From the IMG/VR virus record IMGVR_UViG_643692022_000005: 37,716 nt of DNA. One strand, given 5' to 3'. The notes below the pieces were generated by a model. It ran no database searches and was not told the DNA's origin. It worked only from the letters and a program-made list of their open reading frames with translations. This DNA is from a virus. Its lineage: Duplodnaviria; Heunggongvirae; Uroviricota; Caudoviricetes. How positions within the stretch are numbered: the first letter of the stretch is position 1; the number at the start of each line of letters is the position of its first letter. The position numbers and the translations under genes were made by a program. This document shows, piece after piece, positions 7,289 through 15,690 of this stretch.

Positions 7289-7537
7289 ATGACACCTGAG
7301 CAATTAGCCTTATCGGAGGCAATCGCTCTGGCTGGTGGTCAATCAGAATTGGCTCGGAAGCTCACAGCCAGCAGCGGTCATTTAGTAAAGCAACAACATG
7401 TCTGGAACTGGTTGAACAGAGAAAAGCGTCCCCCTGCAAAGCTCTCGATATTCATTGAAAAGACCACTGGCATATCAAAAGAAAAATTACGTCCAGATAT
7501 TTTTCAAAAGATTAAAGATTCATCAGATGAAAAGTAA
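7289..7537 (+). CDS. cro: Cro-like (YdaS-like) HTH regulator
   Basis: 82-aa ORF divergent from cI, with HTH (QSELARKLTASSGHLVKQ) and AAGGAG RBS. Confidence 0.8.
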   Translation: MTPEQLALSEAIALAGGQSELARKLTASSGHLVKQQHVWNWLNREKRPPAKLSIFIEKTTGISKEKLRPDIFQKIKDSSDEK

Positions 7538-7559
7538 CCACAGTTTTAAGGAGATAGCC

Positions 7560-8111
7560 GTGGGTAAGCATCACTGGAAAGTAGAAAAACAGCCTAAGTG
7601 GTACGTGAAAGCTGTCAGAAAAACTATCGCAGCGTTGCCGGGGGGTTACGCTGAAGCAGCTGACTGGCTGGATGTAACAGAGAACGCATTATTTAACCGC
7701 CTTCGTGCCGATGGCGATCAAATTTTCCCGCTGGGATGGGCAATGATTTTACAACGTGCTGGTGGCACTCACTTCATTGCTGACGCTGTGGCGCAGTCTG
7801 CAAATGGCGTCTTTGTGTCTCTTCCTGACGTCGAGGATGTGGATAACGCCGATATTAACCAGCGCCTGCTGGAAGTCATTGAACAGATTGGCAATTATTC
7901 CAAACAGATTCGTTCGGCAATCGAAGACGGTGTGGTGGAACCGCATGAGAAGACAGCAATTAACGACGAGCTGTATCTCTCAATTTCGAAACTGCAGGAG
8001 CATGCAGCACTTGTCTACAAAATTTTTTGCATTTCAGAAAGTAATGACGCCCGCGAGTGTGCAGCTCCGGGCGCCGTGGCGTGTCGTGACTGTGGAGAAA
8101 CTAACGCATGA
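7560..8111 (+). CDS. CII-like / YdaT-family regulatory protein
   Basis: Position directly after cro. Start placed at the GTG preceded by AAGGAG at 6-nt spacing; in-frame alternative ATG at 7527. Family assignment from memory. Confidence 0.55.
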   Translation: MGKHHWKVEKQPKWYVKAVRKTIAALPGGYAEAADWLDVTENALFNRLRADGDQIFPLGWAMILQRAGGTHFIADAVAQSANGVFVSLPDVEDVDNADINQRLLEVIEQIGNYSKQIRSAIEDGVVEPHEKTAINDELYLSISKLQEHAALVYKIFCISESNDARECAAPGAVACRDCGETNA

Positions 8112-8446
8112 ACAGTTTAACAACACACTACCGTCGCTCGCAACTGATTGCGCTTCCTGTACCGGGTGGAAAAGCGAAGGTGGAGTATTGCTATGCAGTA
8201 AATGTACCAGGTGACAGGGAAATTGTAACCCACAGCTTTGCAGAGTGGGCTGTGGGTGATTTCAACCGGCAGAAGGAGACAGTCCTTTGCGACAAGTTAA
8301 CCGCTGGTTCAAAGATCACTACGGAGTGCCCGTCAGAGTCATTCGTTGGGAACCGGAAACACAACGGGTTATCTACCTCCGCGAAGGCTATGAGCATGAG
8401 TGCTTCAGTCCGCTCGAACAGTTTCGTCGTAAATTCAGGGAAATAG
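8108..8446 (+). CDS. Hypothetical protein (uncertain ORF)
   Basis: ATG overlaps the upstream stop as ATGA, suggesting translational coupling, but the C-terminal half is Ser-rich and looks like out-of-frame translation of the 8287-8466 ORF. Confidence 0.3.
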   Translation: MNSLTTHYRRSQLIALPVPGGKAKVEYCYAVNVPGDREIVTHSFAEWAVGDFNRQKETVLCDKLTAGSKITTECPSESFVGNRKHNGLSTSAKAMSMSASVRSNSFVVNSGK

Positions 8447-8466
8447 AGGTCGGTCATGAGCACTAA
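8287..8466 (+). CDS. Small hypothetical protein (59 aa, TTG start), not in the ORF track
   Basis: My own translation: [68 protein letters not shown] 8 nt before the TTG; stop overlaps the replication gene start. Confidence 0.4.
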   Translation: MRQVNRWFKDHYGVPVRVIRWEPETQRVIYLREGYEHECFSPLEQFRRKFREIEVGHEH

Positions 8467-9397
8467 ATTAACCGGCTATGTATGGGATGGTTGCGCAGCG
8501 TCAGGCATGAAATTATCCAGCGTGGCAATTATGGCCCGCCTGGCTGATTTCAGTAATGACGAAGGTGTGTGCTGGCCATCAATTGAAACCATTGCCCGTC
8601 AGATTGGCGCGGGGATGAGTACCGTCAGAACGGCTATCGCACGGCTGGAAGCAGAAGGCTGGTTAACGCGTAAGGCGCGTCGCCAGGGTAACCGCAATGC
8701 GTCGAATGTTTATCAGCTTAACGTTGCGAAGCTTCAGGCAGCGGCATTTTCTCAACTGTCAGATTCTGACCCGTCAAAATCTGACGCATCAAAATCTGAC
8801 CCGTCAAAATTTGATGCGTCGAAATCTGGCAAAAAAGCGGGTTTTCACCCGTCAGAATCTGGCGGGGATCCGTCAGTAAAATCAAAACATGATCCGTCAG
8901 ATAAAAAACCTTCTCGTCCGGACGCTTCGCAACCGGACACGCAGACGGCTGAACAGGATTTTTTAACTCGCCATCCTGATGCGGTTGTATTCAGCCCTAA
9001 AAAGCGCCAGTGGGGAACGCAGGATGATTTGACCTGTGCACAGTGGCTCTGGAAAAAAATCATTGCCCTGTACGAGCAGGCTGCCGAATGTGACGGCGAG
9101 GTGGTTCGTCCCAAAGAACCGAACTGGACAGCCTGGGCAAACGAAATTCGCCTGATGTGTGTGCAGGATGGTCGTACTCACAAACAAATCTGCGAGATGT
9201 ACAGCCGCGTCAGCCGCGATCCGTTCTGGTGCCGTAACGTGCTCAGCCCGTCGAAGCTGCGGGAAAAATGGGATGAGCTTTCCCTGCGCTTATCGCCGTC
9301 CGTAAGCACGTACACCGAAAAACGCGAAGACCCGTACTTCAAATCCAGTTACGACAACGTGGACTACAGCCAGATCCCGGCAGGATTCAGGGGGTGA
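8456..9397 (+). CDS. Replication initiator (O-like, N-terminal winged-helix)
   Basis: 313-aa ORF with N-terminal winged-helix-like region; contains the iteron array, which encodes the repeat peptide SDSDPSKSDASKSDPSKFDASKSG, as the lambda O gene contains its origin. Confidence 0.7.
   Translation: MSTKLTGYVWDGCAASGMKLSSVAIMARLADFSNDEGVCWPSIETIARQIGAGMSTVRTAIARLEAEGWLTRKARRQGNRNASNVYQLNVAKLQAAAFSQLSDSDPSKSDASKSDPSKFDASKSGKKAGFHPSESGGDPSVKSKHDPSDKKPSRPDASQPDTQTAEQDFLTRHPDAVVFSPKKRQWGTQDDLTCAQWLWKKIIALYEQAAECDGEVVRPKEPNWTAWANEIRLMCVQDGRTHKQICEMYSRVSRDPFWCRNVLSPSKLREKWDELSLRLSPSVSTYTEKREDPYFKSSYDNVDYSQIPAGFRG
8760..8910. repeat. Iteron array (candidate phage replication origin) inside the initiator gene
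   Basis: Four tandem 15-bp units (TCTGACCCGTCAAAA, TCTGACGCATCAAAA, TCTGACCCGTCAAAA, TTTGATGCGTCGAAA), each with internal TGAC..GTCA dyad symmetry, then degenerate CCGTCAG copies and an A-rich stretch. Confidence 0.7.
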
Positions 9398-9888
9398 TCA
9401 TGAGTCTGTTAAATGACGTTCAGAAATTCATTGAAGCCCATCCGGGGTGTACTTCCGGAGACATTGCGGATGCTTTTGCTGGTTACTCACGGCAGCGCGT
9501 TCTGCAGTCAGCAAGCAAGTTACGTCAGAGTGGGCGTGTGGCTCACCGTTGTGAAGGAGATACACGCAGACATTTCCCGCGCCTGACTGAGAGAGCGCAG
9601 GAGCCGAAACCACAACCAGTTCGTGAAACCAGACCTGTGCGTAATTTCTATGTCGGCACTAACGACCCCCGGGTGATTTTGTGCCTGACCCGCCAGGCTG
9701 AAGAACTGGAGTCCAGGGGCTTATTCCGTCGAGCCGCAACGGTGTGGATGGCGGCATTCCGTGAAAGCCACTCCCAGCCAGAACGAAACAATTTTCTGGC
9801 GCATCGTGAGCGGTGCTTACGGCAAAGCAGCAAGCGCTCTGCATCGGGTGAAGAGTGGTATCTGTCAGGGAATTACGTGGGGGCTTAA
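9394..9888 (+). CDS. Hypothetical protein with N-terminal winged-helix-like region (replication-module associated)
   Basis: 164-aa ORF translationally coupled to both neighbours (overlapping stop/start codons); no motif recognised with confidence. Confidence 0.55.
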   Translation: MIMSLLNDVQKFIEAHPGCTSGDIADAFAGYSRQRVLQSASKLRQSGRVAHRCEGDTRRHFPRLTERAQEPKPQPVRETRPVRNFYVGTNDPRVILCLTRQAEELESRGLFRRAATVWMAAFRESHSQPERNNFLAHRERCLRQSSKRSASGEEWYLSGNYVGA

Positions 9889-10541
9889 TGAGTAATAAAT
9901 ATTGCCAGGCGCTGGTGGAGCTGCGGAACAAACCAGGCCATGAACTGAAGGAAGTGGGCGATCAGTGGCGCACGCCGGACAACATTTTCTGGGGAATTAA
10001 CACCCTGTTTGGCCCGTTTGTTCTGGATCTGTTCACTGATGGTGATAACGCCAAATGTGCCGCTTATTACACTGCGGAAGACAACGCGCTGGCGCATGAC
10101 TGGTCAGAACGTCTTGCGGAGCTTAAAGGTGCTGCCTTTGGTAATCCCCCATACAGCCGCGCCAGTCAGCATGAGGGGCAATACATCACCGGCATGCGTT
10201 ACATCATGAAACATGCCAGTGCCATGCGTGATAAGGGCGGGCGCTATGTTTTCCTGATCAAAGCTGCCACCAGCGAAGTGTGGTGGCCGGAAGGTGCGGA
10301 CCATATTGCTTTTATTCGCGGGCGTATTGGTTTTGAACTGCCTGCCTGGTTTATCCCGAAGGACGAGAAGCAGGTGCCGACAGGAGCGTTCTTCGCTGGT
10401 GCTATTGCTGTTTTCGATAAGACCTGGAAGGGGCCGGCAATCAGCTACATCGGGCGCGATGAACTTGAGGCATGTGGTGAGGCGTTTCTGGCGCAGGTTC
10501 GCCAGCAGGCAGAAAAACTGGTCAGGGAGATGGCGGCATGA
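9888..10541 (+). CDS. Phage DNA N6-adenine methyltransferase (Dam-like)
   Basis: NPPY catalytic motif (GNPPYS) in a phage-type adenine methylase context; start taken at the ATG overlapping the upstream TAA. Confidence 0.75.
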   Translation: MSNKYCQALVELRNKPGHELKEVGDQWRTPDNIFWGINTLFGPFVLDLFTDGDNAKCAAYYTAEDNALAHDWSERLAELKGAAFGNPPYSRASQHEGQYITGMRYIMKHASAMRDKGGRYVFLIKAATSEVWWPEGADHIAFIRGRIGFELPAWFIPKDEKQVPTGAFFAGAIAVFDKTWKGPAISYIGRDELEACGEAFLAQVRQQAEKLVREMAA

Positions 10542-10864
10542 CGACGTTAACTCAATGCCAGCAGCAGGTGCTGGATATGCTGATTTCTTACCAGAAAGAA
10601 CGTGGCTTCCCGCCAACCAATCAGGAGGTGGCAACCATGCTGGGATACCGTTCGGTGAATGCAGCGGTGGAGCATCTTCGCGCACTGGAGAAAAAAGGCG
10701 TCATCACAATAAAGCGTGGCGTGGCCCGGGGGATAACGCTTCATACCGCAGTGAAGGACGACGACAGCGAGGCGGTCGGGATTATCCGCGCACTGCTTGC
10801 CGGTGAGGAATACGCCAGGCTGCGTGCAACTCACTGGTTACATGAAAGGGGCTTGAAAGTATGA
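10538..10864 (+). CDS. LexA N-terminal DNA-binding-domain protein (no peptidase domain)
   Basis: 108 aa; QQQVLDMLISYQKERGFPPTNQEVATMLGYRSVNAAVEHLRALEKKGVI resembles the LexA winged-helix DNA-binding domain; no S24 domain follows. Confidence 0.65.
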   Translation: MTTLTQCQQQVLDMLISYQKERGFPPTNQEVATMLGYRSVNAAVEHLRALEKKGVITIKRGVARGITLHTAVKDDDSEAVGIIRALLAGEEYARLRATHWLHERGLKV

Positions 10865-11250
10865 AGCTTATCCTGCCTTTCCCGCCCAGCGTGAACACGT
10901 ACTGGCGACACCCTAACAAAGGGGCGTTTGCAGGTAAGAGCCTGATAAGCGCGGCGGGGCGAAAATTCCAGAGCGCGGCGTGCGCTGCAATAGTTGAGCA
11001 GTTACGTCGTCTGCCGAAACCAACGTCGGCACCTGCTTCAGTGGAGATCGTGTTGTTTCCTCCTGATAACCGGATCCGCGATCTGGACAACTATAACAAG
11101 GCGCTGTTTGACGCCCTGACCCACGCGGGTGTGTGGGAAGACGACAGTCAGGTGAAAAGAATGCTGGTGGAGTGGGGACCGGTTATCCCGGAAGGGAAGG
11201 TCGAGATCACTATCAGTAAGTACGAGAAAACGGCGGGTGCAGCCGCCTGA
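10861..11250 (+). CDS. rusA: RusA-type Holliday junction resolvase
   Basis: 129-aa ORF with the RusA N-terminal signature (MKLILPFPPSVNTYWR) and conserved acidic residues (DLDNYNKALFDAL). Confidence 0.8.
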   Translation: MKLILPFPPSVNTYWRHPNKGAFAGKSLISAAGRKFQSAACAAIVEQLRRLPKPTSAPASVEIVLFPPDNRIRDLDNYNKALFDALTHAGVWEDDSQVKRMLVEWGPVIPEGKVEITISKYEKTAGAAA

Positions 11251-11269
11251 TTAAGAGGAGAAACGAAGT

Positions 11270-12067
11270 ATGAATAATCTGATGGTTATTGATGGTATTG
11301 AAGTTCGTCGTGATGCTTATGGGCGTTACAGCCTGAACGATCTGCACAGGGCTGCTGGTTCTCTGGATAAGCATAAGCCTGCATTCTGGCTCCGCAATGA
11401 GCAAACTGAGCGTTTAATAAGCGAGTTGCAGATTTGCAACTCGGTCAATATAGAGCCAGTTAACGTTATTCGTGGCGGAAATAACCAGGGGACGTATGTC
11501 TGCAAAGAACTGGTGTATGCCTATGCAATGTGGATCAGCCCGTCATTCCATCTGAAGGTGATCCGTACTTTCGACATGGTAACCAGCGCACCGGAAAAAT
11601 TATCCGGACAGGCTGCTGACAAGATGCAGGCTGGTGTGATTCTGCTGGACTTTATGCGCCGGGAATTAAACCTGTCTAACTCTTCAGTGCTTGGTGCCTG
11701 CCAGAAACTCCAGGAGGCTGTTGGCTTACCGAATCTGGCACCGCGCTATGCCATTGATGCTCCTGCTGATGCACACGATGGCTCAAGTCGCCCCACGCTG
11801 TCGCTGAGTGCACTGCTGAGGCAGTATGGTATCCGCCTGACGGCTAATCAGGCATATCACCAGATGGTGAAGCTGGGGATCGTTGAACAACGCGAACGAT
11901 ACAGCCGTACCGCGATTAACAACATCAAAAAATTCTGGTCGCTGACGGCGAAAGGCTGCATGTTCGGCAAGAACATCACCAGTCCTGCAAATCCGCGCGA
12001 GACGCAGCCGCATTTCTTCGAATCCCGATTCCCTGAGCTGTTAAAGCTGCTCGATACCGTTCATTGA
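11270..12067 (+). CDS. KilA-N domain protein (antirepressor-like)
   Basis: N-terminal region (GIEVRRDAYGRYSLNDLHRAAG...YVCKELVYAYAMWISPSFHLKVIRTFD) resembles the KilA-N domain. Confidence 0.65.
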   Translation: MNNLMVIDGIEVRRDAYGRYSLNDLHRAAGSLDKHKPAFWLRNEQTERLISELQICNSVNIEPVNVIRGGNNQGTYVCKELVYAYAMWISPSFHLKVIRTFDMVTSAPEKLSGQAADKMQAGVILLDFMRRELNLSNSSVLGACQKLQEAVGLPNLAPRYAIDAPADAHDGSSRPTLSLSALLRQYGIRLTANQAYHQMVKLGIVEQRERYSRTAINNIKKFWSLTAKGCMFGKNITSPANPRETQPHFFESRFPELLKLLDTVH

Positions 12068-12068
12068 G

Positions 12069-13064
12069 GTGACCGTGAGAGCACTACTGACCCCTGAAAT
12101 TGCCCCGCGTATGGGGATCGTATTGTTCAGGCCAGGTTCAGAGCTGATGCCCCTGTTTATGCAGGGGCGTGTCCTGCTGGAGCCTGAGCCGGAACGTTAT
12201 TCATCTTTCGCCAGTGGTGCCGTTCCGGCGGCATCACAACCGCTGGCGGATGATCCTGCCGTTCGGGCCGTGTTCCGCAATGAGGCAGTGATCCGTCGTG
12301 CTGGTGGTGTGGAATGTCTTGAAAGCTGGTTACTTCGTGAAAAGGGCTGTCAGTGGCCTCATTCCGACTGGCACAGCGAGAACATGACCACAATGCGGCA
12401 CGCTCCGGGAGCAATTCGTCTGTGCTGGCACTGCGATAACCAGCTGCGTGACCAGTTCACGGAACGGCTGGAATCAATGGCAACGGATAACTGTGCCCGC
12501 TGGGTGTTGTCTGTCGTGCGTCGGGATCTCGGTTTTGATGACAGTCACGTTGTGACAATGCCGGAACTGTGCTGGTGGCTGGTTCGTAATGATTTGGCGG
12601 ATGCCTTACCGGAAAGTGCAGCCCGTAAGGCACTGAGATTACCGAAGCCTGTTGTGCCATCTGTCACCCGGGAAAGTGACCTTGTGCCTTCGGTTCCTGC
12701 CACCAGCATCATCCAGGATAAAGCGAAAAAGGTGCTGGCGCTGAAAGTGGATCCGGAGTCGCCGGAGTCTTTTATGTTACGCCCCAAACGTCGCCGCTGG
12801 GTTAATGAAAAGTACACGCGCTGGGTTAAGACGCAGCCGTGCGCATGTTGTGGAAAGCCAGCTGATGATCCCCACCACCTGATAGGCCACGGTCAGGGTG
12901 GAATGGGTACAAAAGCGCATGATCTCTTTGTGTTGCCTTTGTGCAGAAAGCATCACGACGAGCTGCATGCAGATACCGTGGCATTTGAAGAGAAGTATGG
13001 CTCCCAACTGGAGCTGATATTTCGTTTTATCGATCGTGCGCTGGCAACTGGCGTGCTGGCCTGA
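12069..13064 (+). CDS. DUF968-like protein with C-terminal HNH-like motif
   Basis: GTG start; C-terminus CACCGKPADDPHHLIGHG...LPLCRKHHDELH has an HNH-like Cys/His pattern. Resembles E. coli prophage YdfU-type proteins from memory. Confidence 0.6.
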   Translation: MTVRALLTPEIAPRMGIVLFRPGSELMPLFMQGRVLLEPEPERYSSFASGAVPAASQPLADDPAVRAVFRNEAVIRRAGGVECLESWLLREKGCQWPHSDWHSENMTTMRHAPGAIRLCWHCDNQLRDQFTERLESMATDNCARWVLSVVRRDLGFDDSHVVTMPELCWWLVRNDLADALPESAARKALRLPKPVVPSVTRESDLVPSVPATSIIQDKAKKVLALKVDPESPESFMLRPKRRRWVNEKYTRWVKTQPCACCGKPADDPHHLIGHGQGGMGTKAHDLFVLPLCRKHHDELHADTVAFEEKYGSQLELIFRFIDRALATGVLA

Positions 13065-13081
13065 TTTTGTGGAGAAAGTTG

Positions 13082-13444
13082 ATGCGTGATATTCAGATGG
13101 TTCTGGATCGTTGGGGAGCATGGGCGGCGAGTGATAGTTCTGGAGTAGACTATTCTCCTATAGCTGCTGGGTTTAAAGGGCTTCTTCCCTATACAAGCAA
13201 AACACGTCAGGCTTGTTCAGATAGTGATGCATTAATTATTGAAGGTTGTCTTGCTCTTCTTAAGAAGAGAAAACCGTATGAGCACTCTCTGATTGTGGCT
13301 CATTACCTGTATGGCATCTCGAAAAGGAAGATAGCAAAAGCATACAAAAAAGATGAGAAATTGATACGTATAGAGATACAGTTGGCTGAAGGGTTTATAG
13401 ATGGTTGTCTCTCGATGCTGGATATTCGTTTAGAAATGGAGTAA
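13082..13444 (+). CDS. Antitermination protein Q-like
   Basis: Starts MRDIQMVLDRWGAWAA, an N-terminus typical of short Q-family antiterminators; GGAG RBS; sits upstream of the lysis cassette. Confidence 0.7.
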   Translation: MRDIQMVLDRWGAWAASDSSGVDYSPIAAGFKGLLPYTSKTRQACSDSDALIIEGCLALLKKRKPYEHSLIVAHYLYGISKRKIAKAYKKDEKLIRIEIQLAEGFIDGCLSMLDIRLEME

Positions 13445-13454
13445 TAAAATTAAG

Positions 13455-13485
13455 GCAGCAACATAGAGTTTAACTTTGTTGCTGC
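13455..13485 (-). terminator. Terminator hairpin at the 3-prime end of the HNH cargo gene
   Basis: 9-bp stem GCAGCAACA/TGTTGCTGC with a 13-nt loop; on the minus strand it is followed by a U-rich run (CUUAAUUUUAUU). Confidence 0.5.
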
Positions 13486-13494
13486 GTAACAGAT

Positions 13495-14241
13495 TTAATC
13501 TGGCATTATGGTAGATAATTGTGGGCTAGGTTTAACCCCGTAGGTTTCTGATATTCTTTTAACGTTGATACCTACGATTTTTCTGACAGCTCCCAACGAA
13601 AATTCTAACTCTTTAATCCCTGCGTCTTTAGAAGTGTTGTTCATATAATAACGGCATGCTTCTCGAATTGACTTGCAAACGATAAATAGAGGTGATTCAT
13701 CTGGGATTTGAGAAAGCAAAGAGGTCAAACATGTTCTTAACTCTTTGAGTGATTCGGCAACAAAACAGGGGTTTTCAAGATGATATTCTACGAACAAAGC
13801 CCCTTTATCATCCAATTCATTTATAATCTTTTTTGCCAGATTTCTTTCATCATGCTGTTGAATATATTTCAAAGCATCGAAGGTAATATTAATCGAACCT
13901 TCAAGACAGGAGCTTATAAGGCTTTCATGATCTTTTTTCCATTTTCTTAATACAGGTGCCGGATAGTCTAGCCCCTGATTCTTATCTATTAATACAGAAC
14001 AAGTAGCACACAGCCATATGCCATTGTTAATTGACTTCCTTTCTGTTTCTGATTGTGACATGTCATAGCGTGGGCCATCAGGAGATGCTGCACATATGTG
14101 AGCAGCAACTCCTGTCTTGATTGATTTATTGCCATCAATTGATGGGCCAATGGTCAATCTGGGGCATGAAGGGTTTGAACAAATGAATGCTGCCCGCTCT
14201 GCTAATTTTTTTATAGTGTCTTTAGAAAAATTATGTCGCAT
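13495..14241 (-). CDS. HNH-motif nuclease-domain protein with uncharacterised C-terminal domain (cargo gene; candidate defence)
   Basis: N-terminal HNH pattern CSNPSC ... AAHICAASPDGPRY ... NGIWLCATCSVLID; the ~150-aa C-terminal half has no motif I recognise. AT-rich, opposite strand to the surrounding late genes. Confidence 0.7.
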   Translation of the reverse strand: MRHNFSKDTIKKLAERAAFICSNPSCPRLTIGPSIDGNKSIKTGVAAHICAASPDGPRYDMSQSETERKSINNGIWLCATCSVLIDKNQGLDYPAPVLRKWKKDHESLISSCLEGSINITFDALKYIQQHDERNLAKKIINELDDKGALFVEYHLENPCFVAESLKELRTCLTSLLSQIPDESPLFIVCKSIREACRYYMNNTSKDAGIKELEFSLGAVRKIVGINVKRISETYGVKPSPQLSTIMPD

Positions 14242-14333
14242 GTAGTGAACCCAATATATGAGAAAAATATTACTAACGCGGTCCGCATTTTATCATGTAA
14301 TGTGTTAAGAGTGGTTACTTCGCCACACAGCTT

Positions 14334-14363
14334 AAACCCGCCGTCGAGCGGGTTTTGTCGTTT
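14334..14363 (+). terminator. Rho-independent terminator (candidate tR-prime-like) upstream of the lysis genes
   Basis: 8-bp stem AAACCCGC/GCGGGTTT with loop CGTCGA followed by TTTTGTCGTTT, about 150 bp upstream of the holin start. Confidence 0.55.
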
Positions 14364-14507
14364 CTGGGGCTGGGGATTCGTTGGTCCTTGCCTATTCCGC
14401 AGTTATCCATTGGTTCGGCTTCTTTGACGTTTCCGCTTCTGATTTGCGGTACATGATGTTCCCTCAATTTGCACCTGCTGTATCAGCGAGGTGAGAGATA
14501 ACTACAA

Positions 14508-14834
14508 ATGCCTCATAACCCAAATACCTGGTTGGAGTTGGTCCAGAGCTGGTGGCGTGGAGACACACCGCTGGGCGCAGTGATTATGTCGATTGTTATG
14601 GCTGGCTTGCGCATTGCATATTTTGGCGGTGGTGGGGGCTGGAAACGAAAAACGCTCGAGATTTTGCTCTGTGGTGCTCTGACGCTGACTTTTGCATCCG
14701 CTCTTGAGTATGTCGGATGGCCTAAATCTCTTTCTGTTGCCATTGGTGGTGGCGTTGGGTTGATCGGTGTCGATGCTATTCGTGGGGCTGCAATGAGAGT
14801 AATCGGTAATAAGTTTGGTGGTTCTAAGGAGTAA
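14508..14834 (+). CDS. Holin
   Basis: 108-aa protein with hydrophobic segments and a charged C-terminal tail, immediately upstream of the endolysin. Confidence 0.75.
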   Translation: MPHNPNTWLELVQSWWRGDTPLGAVIMSIVMAGLRIAYFGGGGGWKRKTLEILLCGALTLTFASALEYVGWPKSLSVAIGGGVGLIGVDAIRGAAMRVIGNKFGGSKE

Positions 14835-14837
14835 TTT

Positions 14838-15314
14838 ATGCAGGTGCTAAATCCCCAGCGTAAAGCTTTCCTTGATATGGTGGCTTGGTCAGAAGGAACG
14901 GATAACGGGCGACAAGCGACACGTAATCACGGTTATGATGTTATTGTTGGCGGCGAACTGTTTACTGATTACTCTGATCACCCTCGCAAACTTGTCACGT
15001 TAAACCCCAAACTCAAATCAACAGCCGCCGGACGTTATCAGCTTCTTTCACGCTGGTGGGATGCTTACCGTAAACAGCTTGGTTTGAAAGACTTCTCCCC
15101 CAAAAGCCAGGACGCAGTGGCATTGCAGCAGATTAAAGAGCGTGGCGCTTTACCGATGATTGATCGCGGTGATATCCGTCAGGCTATCGATCGTTGCAGC
15201 AATATCTGGGCGTCGTTACCTGGTGCAGGTTACGGTCAGTATGAACATAAAATCGGTGACCTGATTTCCCGGTTTAAAGAGGCTGGTGGGGTGGTAAATG
15301 AAGTTGAGCTATAA
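14838..15314 (+). CDS. R: Endolysin, lambda R-type lytic transglycosylase
   Basis: Near-identical over most of its length to phage lambda R as I recall it (QRKAFLDMVAWSEGTDNGRQATRNHGYDVIVGGELFTDYSDHPRKLVTLNPKLKS...). Confidence 0.92.
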   Translation: MQVLNPQRKAFLDMVAWSEGTDNGRQATRNHGYDVIVGGELFTDYSDHPRKLVTLNPKLKSTAAGRYQLLSRWWDAYRKQLGLKDFSPKSQDAVALQQIKERGALPMIDRGDIRQAIDRCSNIWASLPGAGYGQYEHKIGDLISRFKEAGGVVNEVEL

Positions 15315-15690
15315 GCTGGTTATCGCTGCATTCTTCTTTACTGTCATCGGTTCTTTCATCTGGTCTGCCAACCACTACTACAGCAAATATCAGCACGAAA
15401 AGAAACGTGCTGATGAGGCTGTACAAAATGTTGAATCTGCAACAGCCATTACCCGTAACGTCCTGCAATCACTGCAAATCGTCAATACAGTTATAGAGGT
15501 TAACCAGCATGCAAAACAGCAGATCGCACTGGAGTCACAGAGAACCCAGGAAGATATCAAAGTGGCTGTTGCGGATGATGATTGTGCTTCACGTCCTGTG
15601 CCTGCTGCCGCTGCTGACCGGTTGCGGAAATTCGCGAACGGTTTACGTGAGCGCTCCGGTGGCACCACTGCCAGCCAGCCTGACTTCTGA
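15298..15690 (+). CDS. Rz: Rz-like inner-membrane spanin
   Basis: N-terminal transmembrane segment then a charged, predicted coiled-coil periplasmic region; directly follows the endolysin. Confidence 0.75.
   Translation: MKLSYKLVIAAFFFTVIGSFIWSANHYYSKYQHEKKRADEAVQNVESATAITRNVLQSLQIVNTVIEVNQHAKQQIALESQRTQEDIKVAVADDDCASRPVPAAAADRLRKFANGLRERSGGTTASQPDF

Noticed and set aside
8697-8879. 60-aa ORF with the repeated peptide QNLTRQNLT, and the repeat array as a possible CRISPR
   Set aside because: The periodicity comes from reading the iterons out of frame; the units are contiguous 15-bp tandem repeats inside a coding gene with no spacers or cas genes, so this is an origin, not a CRISPR array.
10104-10685. 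193-aa minus-strand ORF antisense to the Dam-like methyltransferase
   Set aside because: Fully overlaps a motif-supported gene on the other strand and has Pro/Ala/Arg-rich low-complexity composition.
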